From Perkinsela sp. CCAP 1560/9 (lineage: Eukaryota; Protista; Euglenozoa: Kinetoplastea), in NCBI GenBank assembly GCA_965644495.1, contig CBFFSA010000009.1:310001-374000 (forward strand): 64,000 nucleotides of DNA. Reading direction: 5' to 3'. A program made the translations under genes and the position numbers. Every line of letters starts with the position of its first letter. The stretch's first letter is position 1. Below are positions 22,878 to 34,274 of the stretch, in pieces. The notes beneath the pieces were generated by a model. That model had not been told where the DNA came from. It was given only the letters and a program-made list of their open reading frames with translations, and searched no databases.

Positions 22878-23209
22878 TTCCGCCCCGCGGAATTTTGAGT
22901 TCTTTTATTCATTTTTTCTCATTTTTGCAGCATTTGATAGATCTCATTTTCCTGGTGAAGAACATTGCTGCCCTTTTTTTGTAGGGACCCTCCCATACCC
23001 CCTGGGACCAAAACACATGCTTTCTTGGGTCATTTTTCTGGAACGTATAAAATATTTCTGCACTTTGTTTGTTTACGCTTTGTCAAATTACTTTCTCTCG
23101 AATTATGGATTGTTTTCATTGCGTTTGATGACTGGGGGAACGAAATCTCTCGTTTGCAACAAAAATGAGCTAAAACGGGCAAAAAAACTCAAAATTCCGC
23201 GGAGGGGAA
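22878..23209. mobile_element. MITE-like element
   Basis: ~24-bp imperfect TIR TTCC(G/C)C(C/T)CCGCGGAATTTTGAGTT. TSD not resolved. Confidence 0.55.
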
Positions 23210-23212
23210 AGT

Positions 23213-24158
23213 TCAATGGAAACCACAGTATAAATCAACACCTCGAGGGAGCCTTCCGTGAAATTTCTTTTTCGGAACCCAATCCGTAAACTTATTCCCC
23301 CTCAGCAACACCCCATTATCCTCGCTCCATTCCATATACAGCATCTTGTGCTCCTGAACTTCCCCAAAATCCACAACCCCTTCGAACGCATTCCTCCGCA
23401 AATCCACATAAAGCATCGAGGGGGGAAAATCACCCGGAAAGGTCACCGACCCCGAGAGCGCGTTGCCGAATAAATTCAACAGGACCATAGACGACGGCAT
23501 CCCGCTTAACTCCAGCCCCTCCGTAAACTTATTCCTTGACAGGTCGAGCCGACAGAGCGACGGGGGTAACCCTTTCGTAAGAAAAAGGGGCCCGGTAAAT
23601 CGATTCATCCGCAGCCCGAGTTGCTGCAAACTCACCGGAAGGGCGGAGAGATCAAGAGCCCCAGAGGATTTCGCCTCCTGGAGGCGTAGCTCCGTGAGCT
23701 GCGGGTGATGTGAACTTTTACGGGGTAGGGGATAACCCGATAACCCGGTGCGCACCACATCGACCCTACGGAGTGACCTGGGGAGATGGGAAAGGGTGAA
23801 GCCATCCCCCAGAATCGTGGGGTAGCTGTGGAGCTGGAGTTGCTCCAGGGTCGCGGGAAGTGCCCCCCAGGAGAGGTTTCCGGCGAGTTGGGGGGATCCC
23901 GCACGCCCGAGGAGGGTGAAAATGTTTTGGTGGGTATCACAGGTAATGCCGCGCCACGTGCAGGGGGAGATTTTTTTTTGCCTCTCCGAAGAGGCTCCGC
24001 TTTTCGGTCACCCAGGAGGGGTCGCGAACGGTGGCCCCGAGGAGAAAGGTTTCTAACAAGTGCTCCTGAGGGAGTAAGTCGAGGCGTACTTTGCCGCACT
24101 TAAGGTGGGATCCGTCGTCCGCACCGTTGAAAGCATGACGCTCGAAGTTAAGAAACAT
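23213..24158 (-). pseudogene. Frameshifted LRR gene, paralog of 36957..37922
   Basis: ADDGS..GKV..L.PQE..LE.FL.GATVRD is shared with the paralog. The frame shifts in the T run near 23970. C-terminal LRRs lie in ORF 23213..23758. Confidence 0.8.
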
Positions 24159-25064
24159 TCCCGATGGTGAGTAGGGCTGTCCAATTCGAAATTTAAGTTA
24201 CAACTTTGTAAATTAGCTGTGCAATGTAGTACCCCATAATGCCCCAGGTGTAGATCAATGCCCTAGGGTAGTAAATCCATCTTAGCAAATCTCTCATTCA
24301 GCTTATTCAACTTACAGTATAGCCTTAATGTACAGTAAAGTACTTACAGCACAGTACTTACAGTACAACCTTAATGTACTACAAACTTGCAGGCTTAATG
24401 TACTAGCGATGGTTCTCCTCATTATAAATCTTCTATTCTTCACATTATAAATATTATTTACTTAGTATCTATGGAGATTATGTAGACAGTAGTTGGAGGT
24501 CGCTGACAGTCGCTGGCGATGGTGACAGTCGCTGGAAGTCACTGGAGGTCAGGATAACTAGAAATAGGACGAAGTCAACTGAAGTGAGGGGTGAAGCGTT
24601 GGAGTTCAACCCAGTTAATCTTGTTTTTGAAATGAGAATTCATATTTGACCCAAAAGAGGATCTGTCAAAGTTCAACACCTTGTTCTGATAGTAGTTTTG
24701 TCATGCAGGGCAAGACCGCCAGAGATATTTAGGGCCAGCAGGGGTAGGCACAATCAACGCTCCCTGCTGGACCTCTTCGCCTTCCGTGGGGACGCAGTGA
24801 AGGGCGCGGGATATCGAGTGATACTTCATTATCACTCCTTCGTAAACACGCTTGTTACCGGTCCCAAGCCCGGCACCGCCATATTCGGCGGAGTGTGAGG
24901 GTGAAGATTTCAATACATCTATAGCACGATTATAAACTAAATATAATTGAACTACTTGTTTCTAGTATCCAGTAGAACTACTACATTTAGCTCCATTTAC
25001 CTAAACAATCTTACACGCCTGAAAATGTCACGCATCAATTCGCTTGGTCCCGGCCTGGCAGTAC

Positions 25065-25800
25065 TTCATCCTCTGTAACGAGGCCCATGGGCTCCGTACC
25101 CTTCGGGTATCACCGCCCCAGCATTCGTGCTGGGAGGCCCATGGGCTCCGTGTCCTTCGGGGCACACTTGCCGTTGCATTTATATATTCATCCTCTGTAA
25201 CGAGGCCCATGGGCTCCGCACCCTTCGGGGTACCACCGCCCCAGCATTCGTGCTGGGAGGCCCATGGGCTCCGTGTCCTTCGGGACACACTTGCCGTTGC
25301 ATTTATAAATATAATTTATATTCATCCTCTGTAACGAGGCCCATGGGCTCCGCACCCTTCGGGGTACCACCGCCCCAGTATTCGTGCTGGGAGGCCCATG
25401 GGCTCCGTGTCCTTCGGGACACACTTGCCGTTGCATTTATATATTCATCCTCTGTAACGAGGCCCATGGGCTCCGTACCCTTCGGGGTACCACCGCCCCA
25501 GCATTCGTGTTGGGAGGCCCATGGGCTCCGTGTCCTTCGGGACACACTTGCCGTTGCATTTATATATTCATCCTCTGTAACGAGGCCCATGGGCTCCGTA
25601 CTCTTCGGGGTACCACCGCCCCAACATTCGTGCTGGGAGGCCCATGGGCTCCGTGTCCTTCGGGACACACTTGCCGTTGCATTTATTCCTCTGTAACGAG
25701 GCCCATGGGCTCCGTACCCTTCGGGGTACCACCGCCCCAGCATTCGTGCTGGGAGGCCCATGGGTTCCGTGTCCTTCGGGGCTCACTTGCCGTTGCATTT
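25065..25800. repeat. Six-unit ~123-bp tandem array with three TTCG-capped hairpins per unit
   Basis: Units start at 25065, 25187, 25321, 25444, 25567 and ~25686. Each has GTACCC-TTCG-GGGTAC, CCCAGCA-TTCG-TGCTGGG, GTGTCC-TTCG-GGACAC and two GCCCATGGGC palindromes. Confidence 0.95.
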
Positions 25801-26133
25801 GCGTTATACACCCTCCTCTCCGGCATGTTTTTTTACAATAAAGTGAAAACAGAATAAAAACAGAAGGGAGAGGGTGGGGAGTTGTGACGTGGTATGGCAT
25901 GCCTGGCACCTAGGGCTTGGTCCCGGTAACATGGTGCTTACGAAGGAGTGATAATGAGGGGGTTGCTATGCCCTGTCCATGGTATCATGTTCAGGGGAAC
26001 AGCAACTCCCCATTATCTCGGCGTAGTAAACACGCCTTGGCTTGCCTGGCACTACGATTGCCGAAAAAAAAAACTTAGTTCCTTAATCCTCACTTGAGGC
26101 ATGGTAACGGGAGTCCTCCCCCCTAAGAAGATT

Positions 26134-26398
26134 TGAAGTTGAAAAATATGGAGTGTTCGGGGGAGAGAAAACAAAGGGGGGGACTATTGTTGGTGCGTTA
26201 TAGATCCCCCCATATGGAAGTATCGAGGCACACCGGACGTCTCTGGTTGACGCTCGAAATACGAATATGAAGTTGAAAAATATGGAGTGTTCGGGGGAGA
26301 GAAAACAAAGGGGGGGAGTATTGTTGGTGCGTTATAGATCCCCCCATACGGAAGTATCGAGGCACACACCGGACGTCTCGGGTTGACGCTCGGAATAC
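26134..26398. repeat. Direct tandem duplication (~134 bp x2)
   Basis: TGAAGTTGAAAAATATGGAGTGTTCGGGG at 26134 and 26268. Confidence 0.85.
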
Positions 26399-26573
26399 GG
26401 CTTTTCAGGATATCTCGCCTAGTAGGAATATTGAATCAGAAATTCAGACCGACGATAGTGAACGCGTTAGTGTTATTCGGTGGAGAAAAAAAAAGAAAAC
26501 TAGAAAAAAAAAGCAAACGGTTGCTTTGCTTGATGCATTTATACCCGATTTCTTTGTTAACGAAGATTCATAA

Positions 26574-27239
26574 ATGCTGAAGGAACAACTTGGATTCTTT
26601 ACATCAACACACCTAAAACATGGTTTACCATGGGGTATCAAATGTTGCACGGCATTGAAAAGTACCCAAAATTTTATTGAATGGATAAATTGTCCCCCTT
26701 TTCACGGGAAAATAAGGAAACTATCCTCCGGGGTTTGGTTACAACATTTATTAGAACTCGTGGAATGCGGGGTGCTACGTGTGGCACACGACTCTCGATC
26801 ATCATCACGTTTATATTTACGTTACTTTGAGGCATCAAAAGGGGAGGAATTGTCAAGAAGTATTGCGGATGGAACACCACTAAATGAGATGTGCAATCGC
26901 CCTCCTTGCTTGAATTTTCCAGCTATCGCTGAAATTATCCATGTAATAGAGAATTTCCCCAACGTAAACTTTTTATCCGCTGATATGCGACACTGGTTTC
27001 ACCAGAGTGAAATACCATCAGAATCGGGGCGTACATCAGTTAGGAGATCGATGTGTAATGAGATCACGGAAATGGATGAACAGATAGGGAAACATGGACA
27101 TTCTTTTCGAATTTTCCATATTAAATCTAAAGAAAACCCAGCAGACGGGTTGACTCGAGAAGGGCATAATTATGACATAAAAGAAGCACTCCTGAACTCA
27201 GCTCTAAGAACTGGCGATGTACATGTAGACCCTATGTAA
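26574..27239 (+). pseudogene. Internally deleted RT/RNase H remnant of a tyrosine-recombinase retroelement (DIRS/VIPER/TATE-like)
   Basis: RT motif SADMRHWFHQ fused to an RNase H C-terminal motif HIKSKENPADGLTR. Confidence 0.55.
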
Positions 27240-27734
27240 GAATTATAGAAAGCGTAACTGGAGGAAACAAACACACGAATCTAGAGTAATTAGTAAAATT
27301 TATGAGTGGATAGCATGAGGAATGGCAAAGAAAGTAAATCCCCCCCAAAAGAAAAAACGTTAACCAAAGGTTTACGCCAACCCTTTGTTCTATTGCACTC
27401 AAAGTTTTCTACTCCATTATGCAGTAAAATTTCCTTCGTATTTCTTCTTCCGAAAATTTTCTATAAATGCACCCTGGTCTCACACCCCAGCCTTCTCGAC
27501 GCATGAGTAAAACCGTGCTGCCGGGGAGATTACTCGGTTGTGGGAGCGGGCCCCTTAAGTGGGAAGCGACTGGGCTGCGAAATGAACCGAAAATATATTT
27601 TTTTCGGCAATCGTAGTGCCAGGCAAGCCAAGGCGTGTTTACTACGCCGAGGTAATGGGGAGTTGCTGTTCCCCTGAACATGATACCATGGACAGGGCAT
27701 AGCAACTCCCTCATTATTGCGACCCGACGGCTAG

Positions 27735-28140
27735 GTTAAACTAAGAAATGTTTGTCAGCATATTATAGAGCTTACCGCACCGTGGGAGGAGAACCTTATG
27801 GGGGATCATCATCGTAAAAGCGGTAAGCGCAACGAACTGTTATACAAGCATCGCCCGGACAATGACCCATGTCACTCTATCGCATTTGAGATTGGTGCGA
27901 GAGGAATGCCCAACACAACGGCATCTCAACTCGTCCACAATTCGACGGGGATGAAGAAGCCACATCATCTTGTCTACAACAAATAATGCGAAGTGCGATC
28001 TTCGGAAGCTACGTGATCTGGAATCGAGGAGAGGAACCCGCATAGTCCGATGGACCACGGCAAGCTTGATGAACTGGCTGCGGTATTCACGTTGCATGCG
28101 TGCAACCAGCAAAAACATACTCTACCGGATCGCCTCCTCT
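27735..28140 (+). pseudogene. 3' fragment of the RLE retrotransposon family
   Basis: IIELTAPWEEN and IAFEIGARG, plus 3' UTR CACG-TTGCATG-CGTG similar to 13376-13390. Confidence 0.8.
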
Positions 28141-28494
28141 CACTCCCGTACTTCCGAAGCAGATCCTAGCATTTCATACAAGGAAATCGTCATCCTCAAA
28201 AACGTTTCTGCATTTTGCCTTGTTCCTCCTCCTCCCGATACAGTCTTCTGAAGTCAGTTGTGGTACACTGGCCGAGAAAATAGTTTGATGTTAGTATTTT
28301 CAATTTTTTGTTTGAATTTTAATTTTTCGAAATCACCTGTAAAACCGTTCAATGACATGAACCGTTCGATGACCGAAATCATCGAAGATACTACATATCC
28401 AAAAAACGAACAAAGCACCGGTATAATTTATACCGGTGCTTTGTACTGTTTATAATAAACAGTATTCGTCGTAACCGATGTTATGTTATTACGA

Positions 28495-29112
28495 TTACTC
28501 GCGAATCATCGGACCATTCTTTACAATGATGCGTGTGGATTCAACATTGTAGCGCATGGACTTCGATAACGATTCCGCATCCAACGTTCCCCGTAACTCA
28601 GGATTGTTCGCTAGCCCCACACTACGTAGTGACTGAGGAAGTGAGAAAAAATGGATAATGTTTTCGAATTCGTTGTAGTCTAAGTCTAGAACTTGAATTG
28701 AAGTTGGTAGGTGTAGAAAATTAAGCTCTCCACTAAAATTGTTTTGATTAAGCAAAACTACTCGCAAAGGGGAGGGAAAAAGCTCAAGCGGGAGTTCACC
28801 AGAAAGATTGTTCGCACGCATCAGGAGTTGAGTTAAGGTTGTCGGCACATACTCCCAAGTGGGTGTACCACGTAACTTACGCACACACCAAAAGAGACGC
28901 CATAAGGTGCCGTCTTCCTCACAATTGTTACCCTCCCACTCACACGCTGGAGTGTGCGTATTCCACGAGTTGTGCTGATTTTCAACATTGTCTATGAATC
29001 TCACCAAGTCATACTCTAAGGGTAAGGCATTCCCTTTGACCTTTCCTGTCCGAGAACCGGAAAGAGTTGTTTCGTCAGATGCGCGCGTAGAAGCCGTGGA
29101 GTAGAATGACAT
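28495..29112 (-). CDS. LRR-only protein
   Basis: RTGKVKGNALPLEYDL, SWNTHTPACEWEG and 4 LRRs. Confidence 0.87.
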   Translation of the reverse strand: MSFYSTASTRASDETTLSGSRTGKVKGNALPLEYDLVRFIDNVENQHNSWNTHTPACEWEGNNCEEDGTLWRLFWCVRKLRGTPTWEYVPTTLTQLLMRANNLSGELPLELFPSPLRVVLLNQNNFSGELNFLHLPTSIQVLDLDYNEFENIIHFFSLPQSLRSVGLANNPELRGTLDAESLSKSMRYNVESTRIIVKNGPMIRE

Positions 29113-29779
29113 GAAAAGAACCAAAAACTCAAGAATACACTTGCGTTGTACGTAATCTATTTCTTTTGTAATTCTCATGTAATGTAACAGTATATAGAAA
29201 ACATGTTTACTCAATCTATATAATGTTACCTATTTAATAACACCCGTGCATTCCTCAACCCTCATAACAAATCCATATCGAAACATTGGACCCCTATTTA
29301 CTCAGCATATCTTTTCACCCCCCTGCCTCCACACATCCTATAACTTAGGACTGGGATATCCAAAGTTTCGCGTCGCACGTCCCGCCCAAATTGTTTTCGT
29401 TTTGCATATGTTCCTCTAATAATATAGTTTCCACTATAACTTAATTCACATATAACATATAAGTACATTCGAATTACTAACGCACGCTTCCAGTAAATCC
29501 GTTCTTGGTATATTCTTGGTAAGTAGTGGTTGATAACACTGGAAAGATGATCAAAGAATGATGGAATGTACATAAAATATTTAAATATTGATGACTTCAA
29601 TGGTTCATGATACAACATAGTCAGGGCCATGGATGCATTCTGGCTAATGGAGTCATGGTTCATGATGCATCATGGGCATCAGGGTCCCACAGAATCCGCC
29701 ACGCCTGGTGAGCAAGAGAGGTGCATAGAACATCCTCTAGAACACACATACTGTATACTGTGTTTACTCGCCGTGTGAG

Positions 29780-30067
29780 AGACTTCCGGTATATGGAAAA
29801 AGCCTCATGCGCGCAGCACCGGTGTCGCGTTAGTGGGAAGGCAGGCGGCGTGCTCCCGTAGAAGGATCCCTCAGCGCATGGGGACTCGGAACCGTGTTCC
29901 GATCGGGGTGGTGGGAGATGATGGAAGGGAGGCGCACCACTACTTTATAACAAGAGGGACAGTTCCCTCCCTAACGCCATCCGGAAGCGGGCATTAAAAT
30001 AGTAAAAGTATGCCCGTTTCCGGGAGAAAAAAGATGAGCCAGTAAAATGTATTAAGGTACAGAAACT
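29780..30067 (-). mobile_element. Second SL + hairpin leader remnant
   Basis: AGTTTCTGTACCTT (30054-67, minus) followed by a pyrimidine tract and stem 29981-94/30010-23 homologous to 6066-6110. The downstream boundary is uncertain. Confidence 0.6.
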
Positions 30068-30243
30068 ATGAGCAAAACAGATTATTGTGTCAACGTTCAA
30101 CTAACAATTCTCAGAATAGTGGCTTTCCCTGTAACTGTCATCAGTACCCGGAATCTTGGCAGTAACTGGAGGTCACACGAGCCCGCATCCGACTTTCAGA
30201 AAAGCAGTTTTACCGACTCTCCTATGCGGTAATCTAGGTGCTA

Positions 30244-31074
30244 TTAAAATTTTACTTCTATTTCAGTATTCCAAATACTGAACGTCCATAGCGACCCGGG
30301 TAACTCAGAGCGCACGAAATGGCCCGTCAGTTCGGTGTTACAAGAGACATCGAGCATGCTCAATCCCTGAGGAAGATTACGAAGCAGCAAGGGGCCGGCA
30401 AATGCATTTTCACCGAGGGAGAGCACCGTAAGGCAGGGCGGCAAGTGTTGCAAGGAAAGGGGTCCTGTAAATTTATTGGCCGATAACTTGATAATTTTCA
30501 TCGTCTGCGGTAAGAACTTAAGTTCAACATTACCCGAGAGAAGATTCGTAGAAATATCCAACTGCAGCAAGCTATGAGGCAGTCTAGTCATGTCAGGTGT
30601 ACCTTCAAAAAAATTGTTCGAAACGTTCAGTTCTTTTAGTCCTTGTGGCAAATGCGCCAAGTCTAATTCTCCTGTAAACTTGTTCTGGTTCAGAAACAAG
30701 TACGTGAGGCGAGGAGGAAGCGCATCCGTTGGTACAGTCCCACTCAAACGATTGTACGCGACACTACAAAACAAAAGACTTTCAGGTATCCAAACCCACC
30801 GAAGGGACCCTAGGAATCGCTGTTCCATCTCTACCCTTGATATTAGTTTTGTGGCACCGCTATACCAGTGAAGTTTAGTAATTCGTTTCTGCTTGTCGCA
30901 AGACACACCTTTCCACTCACAGGCCGGAGTAGATGTGCTCCACGAGGCGTGAGGGGGTTCAATGTCCTGTATAAGACGCGCAAGTGCGTATTCCTGGGGA
31001 AGGTGGGCGCCCCGGACTTTGCTAGGAAGTACGGGTGAAGGGTCGATCGTGAAACATAAAAAAGGACTCAACAT
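30244..31074 (-). CDS. LRR-only protein
   Basis: PSKVRGAHLPQEYAL, SWSTSTPACEWKGVSC and about seven LRRs. Confidence 0.9.
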   Translation of the reverse strand: MLSPFLCFTIDPSPVLPSKVRGAHLPQEYALARLIQDIEPPHASWSTSTPACEWKGVSCDKQKRITKLHWYSGATKLISRVEMEQRFLGSLRWVWIPESLLFCSVAYNRLSGTVPTDALPPRLTYLFLNQNKFTGELDLAHLPQGLKELNVSNNFFEGTPDMTRLPHSLLQLDISTNLLSGNVELKFLPQTMKIIKLSANKFTGPLSLQHLPPCLTVLSLGENAFAGPLLLRNLPQGLSMLDVSCNTELTGHFVRSELPGSLWTFSIWNTEIEVKF

Positions 31075-31783
31075 CGTTCCCAACTATCTTGGGGGAGACA
31101 AGAAAGTGTAACGAAGCAAAAGAAAGTTTTTTTTGCGAATCCACTTTATTTTACAATAAAACGAAGAGACTAAAATAGAAAAATTGCCAAATGATCATCC
31201 ATAAACAAATGATCAAAAAAATAAACCAACAAAAGATTATCAATATCCAATCTGGGGGTAGGTGGCATGTATGATATCAATAATAACATAGTTTTGGTTC
31301 CACAGCTCAGCTCGGGCCCTGAACTCTCTTGTTGAGGTGAATAACAGCCTCTTAGAGGCATGCCCGGCAAAGTATGATTCAAAGCGCGCTGCTAGGAAGT
31401 TTCATAATTTTTCAACACCGCGATGATATAAACTGGGTGCATGACCCTAATTCAAACGTTGCTTAAAAAGAATTAAACGAGTTGTGTGCGCGGATAAAGA
31501 AAACATTTTCTGGTACTCCCTTTAATAAAGCTCTGCAGATTCTCCGTATGATAAATATACTGCGTAGAGGACGGGCAACTGTAATTGGGGAAAAAATTTA
31601 TAAGACCGTTTTCGAGGCTACATTTTTTGCGTAAGCAGCTCGAAAATTCAGCGGCTGCGCTAGAGCCTGGTTCAGCTTGGCGGTTCCGAGTCGGTCCTCC
31701 AGGGGAGCGGGGTTTGGATGTGGGCCTTGAAGGCACTCCTGATCGCCTTCCCTTCGTATTGAGGCCGCCAGGTTGCAAGTTTT

Positions 31784-31854
31784 GTCGACAGCGGGAATCG
31801 AACCCCCAACCTGCAGGTTGCAAGGCCCACTGTCTGCCAACTACGCCCGCCGAA
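31784..31854 (-). other. tRNA-like sequence (tRNA pseudogene or SINE head)
   Basis: TCGGCG/TGTCGA acceptor-like pairing, A-box-like GTAGTTGG, B box GGTTCGATTCC and an irregular anticodon arm around CTTGCAA. Several mismatches. Confidence 0.6.
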
Positions 31855-32770
31855 AGTTTAGTTTTATAGTTTAGTTTTATACCAATAGTTCAGTTCAATA
31901 CCAACATCTTAATTTTGATTATGCTTCGATTGAAAGCTCGACGTCTGAAACGTATTATTTCCAAAAGTGGTGTCAGCTGTTTCTTAGTCAAAGGAGATTT
32001 TATACACTTCACGTGTGCGGTGTTTCGGTAGATTCAAGAAGGCTATCACGGCATTTGTCTTCGAAAAATCAGAAAAGTAGTACATCCTCCGATCCCGCTC
32101 CTTCAACAGGATCACTTTTAGCTAAAAGTGGCCATGAATGTTTCCAAGCACAGTGCAACGCCATGTGATATGCCCCGTGATATTGAAGTAGATTCAAGAA
32201 GGCGTTCAATGCATTTAGCTTCCAAACATAAGAAAAATACTTCCTTGGACGAGGTTAAATCTTCAACTGGTGGTGCAATGCGGATTAGATTTTTTTCTTG
32301 GAATTCACCGGGAGGGTAAAAGAGATTCTAGTCCTTCGAACTCTGGATCTGTCCATTCGATGAATGAAGAGGGAGCGTAATCCAAAGGCAGTGGTTGTAA
32401 AAGTTCTAATGAAATCACCCAATTTTCCACGCTAGAGAGACAAAATGATTTTACCGTTCTCCAGTAGTAAAAAGTCCATGTGTTTGCAGAATTATCTGTG
32501 GAACAACGAAGACTTGAAGCAAATTATGATGTAAATCCGGAAGCAAAAGAGGTTCAACACATGGTCAGTGTGAAAGGAAAAGCTCAACATGTAACTCCAC
32601 ATACCATTGTTAATAATATATGGTTGTTAATAATAGACGAACCCCCCCTTTACGTATATTAAACGGGGAGGGGGTTTACGTTGCGTCATTCAGCTGTAAA
32701 GATAGATTAACCTTGATGACGTTGCAGGGATTCGAAAAACCATTTGTGTGAATTTCACTGTGCTATTTAA

Positions 32771-33401
32771 CTACATTACACAACACCGACCTTGTTGGGT
32801 AATCTGTGTGTGTTCAACGGAGAATTGACCCCCGACCAGCGAGGCGGGGAGATGCCTTGAGGCGTACACGCCGCACAATCGGGGGTTCGAACCCAGGTTC
32901 AGTTGTTCTAACCCTGGCGGCAGCGACTCAAACCGAACCGCTTTGTTAAACTGGTTATGTGAGAGCCCCACCGCCCTGAGGTCCCGCGGTAAGGTGGAGA
33001 AATCGAGTATGCCGAAAAACCAGTTCGTCGAGAGTTCCAGCTGGAGTAAACCTGCAGGAAGGCTTTGGAAGGGCACCGTGCCCTCAGGTGCGTTGTTGTA
33101 CAAAAGCAAGGAGATGAGCGTCCCGGGGAGATGCTCCCATCGCGGAATACCACGGAGTGTGAATGCCTGGGCGAAAGCTTTGTGTCCAAAACAAGACCAG
33201 AAGACCCCGACCACTATTCCGTGCTCGTCACATTCGACTTCGTACCACTGGCACGCAGGGGTCCAAAGTGTGTTGAAGTTCGCGACAGGTTCGGACCGAA
33301 TGTTTTTCAAAAACTCAACGAGGGTGTATTCCTGAGGTAGGGCGGCACTAACGCGGCCAAGACGACTTTGGGAAACGTCAGCGCTTCGTACGAAGGGCCA
33401 T
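32771..33401 (-). pseudogene. LRR gene, CAAX subfamily (ends RCCVM), ATG one base out of frame
   Basis: The upstream frame reads FVRSADVSQSRLGRVSAALPQEYTL. The only nearby ATG (33401) is offset by one base (ATGGCCCTTC), so this is a pseudogene or a sequencing indel. Confidence 0.8.
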
Positions 33402-34274
33402 GAGGGAAAGAATGAGGTTATTTAAAAGGAAAATAGTAATTTCGAAAGGAACGTAAATTTGAAATCTTTGATGGATTGCGACGCAAAAAATGACCATTTT
33501 TTTCGACAAAACATGGGCGTAAATAAACAGTTACGCCCTAAATATTATATATATGAAACAGTGTTGTTCGTACATGGAGAAATAAACCTCTAAAGTGACC
33601 TGAGGAAACGGGGATCATACGCGTAACAGAATTAGTCGAATTCGACGCGAGGGTAGAGGAACAAATCTTGGAATGTGGAATACTATAAAATACCACAGAA
33701 AGGTCTAGATCCTTTATACTAATTTAGATCACCTGATAGGAAGAGAACAGGTTTTGGATCAAAATAGCCAAGTCTCTCTTCCTGGAAGGGGGGGTGGGGG
33801 GGAATATTGACCTTTGAAGAAAAATTGGTGAAAGGGGACTTTTTTCCCCAGAAAAAAACTTGAATTTTTTTCTCGGTGGTTTCTCAAACAAAATTTCAGT
33901 ATTATCCAAACGAGTGATTAAGCATCGTATTTTTGTTACGTACACGACTCCTCTCTATGTTTTTTCTTTGCACAGGCTGTAAAATGTATGACAGTATCAC
34001 TTTTTGTAGTTGGGAACCTTGGATGACGTGATGATAGAAGCCTGTACCGTACGATGTGAATTAAAGAGTTCTTGTAATCCGCTGTTTAAGGAATTCGAAA
34101 TTATTGTCCAGGCTCAGAACCAAGATAGAGCTAATACATTTTCTTGTTTGGTATATTTTATTAAGTGAAGTACGAAGCTAAAAGTTTTTTGGGGAAAAAA
34201 GTCCCTTTAGACCGAAAAATTGACCTTTTTTGGAATGGTTTAATCGTATCTTACAGTACAGCTTTCATTGTAGT

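Noticed and set aside
25065-25800. CRISPR array, hammerhead array or repeat protein
   Set aside because: There are no unique spacers or cas genes. CTGTAACGA-stem-CCGTA lacks the CUGANGA/GAAA core. The ORFs arise because 123 bp is a multiple of three.
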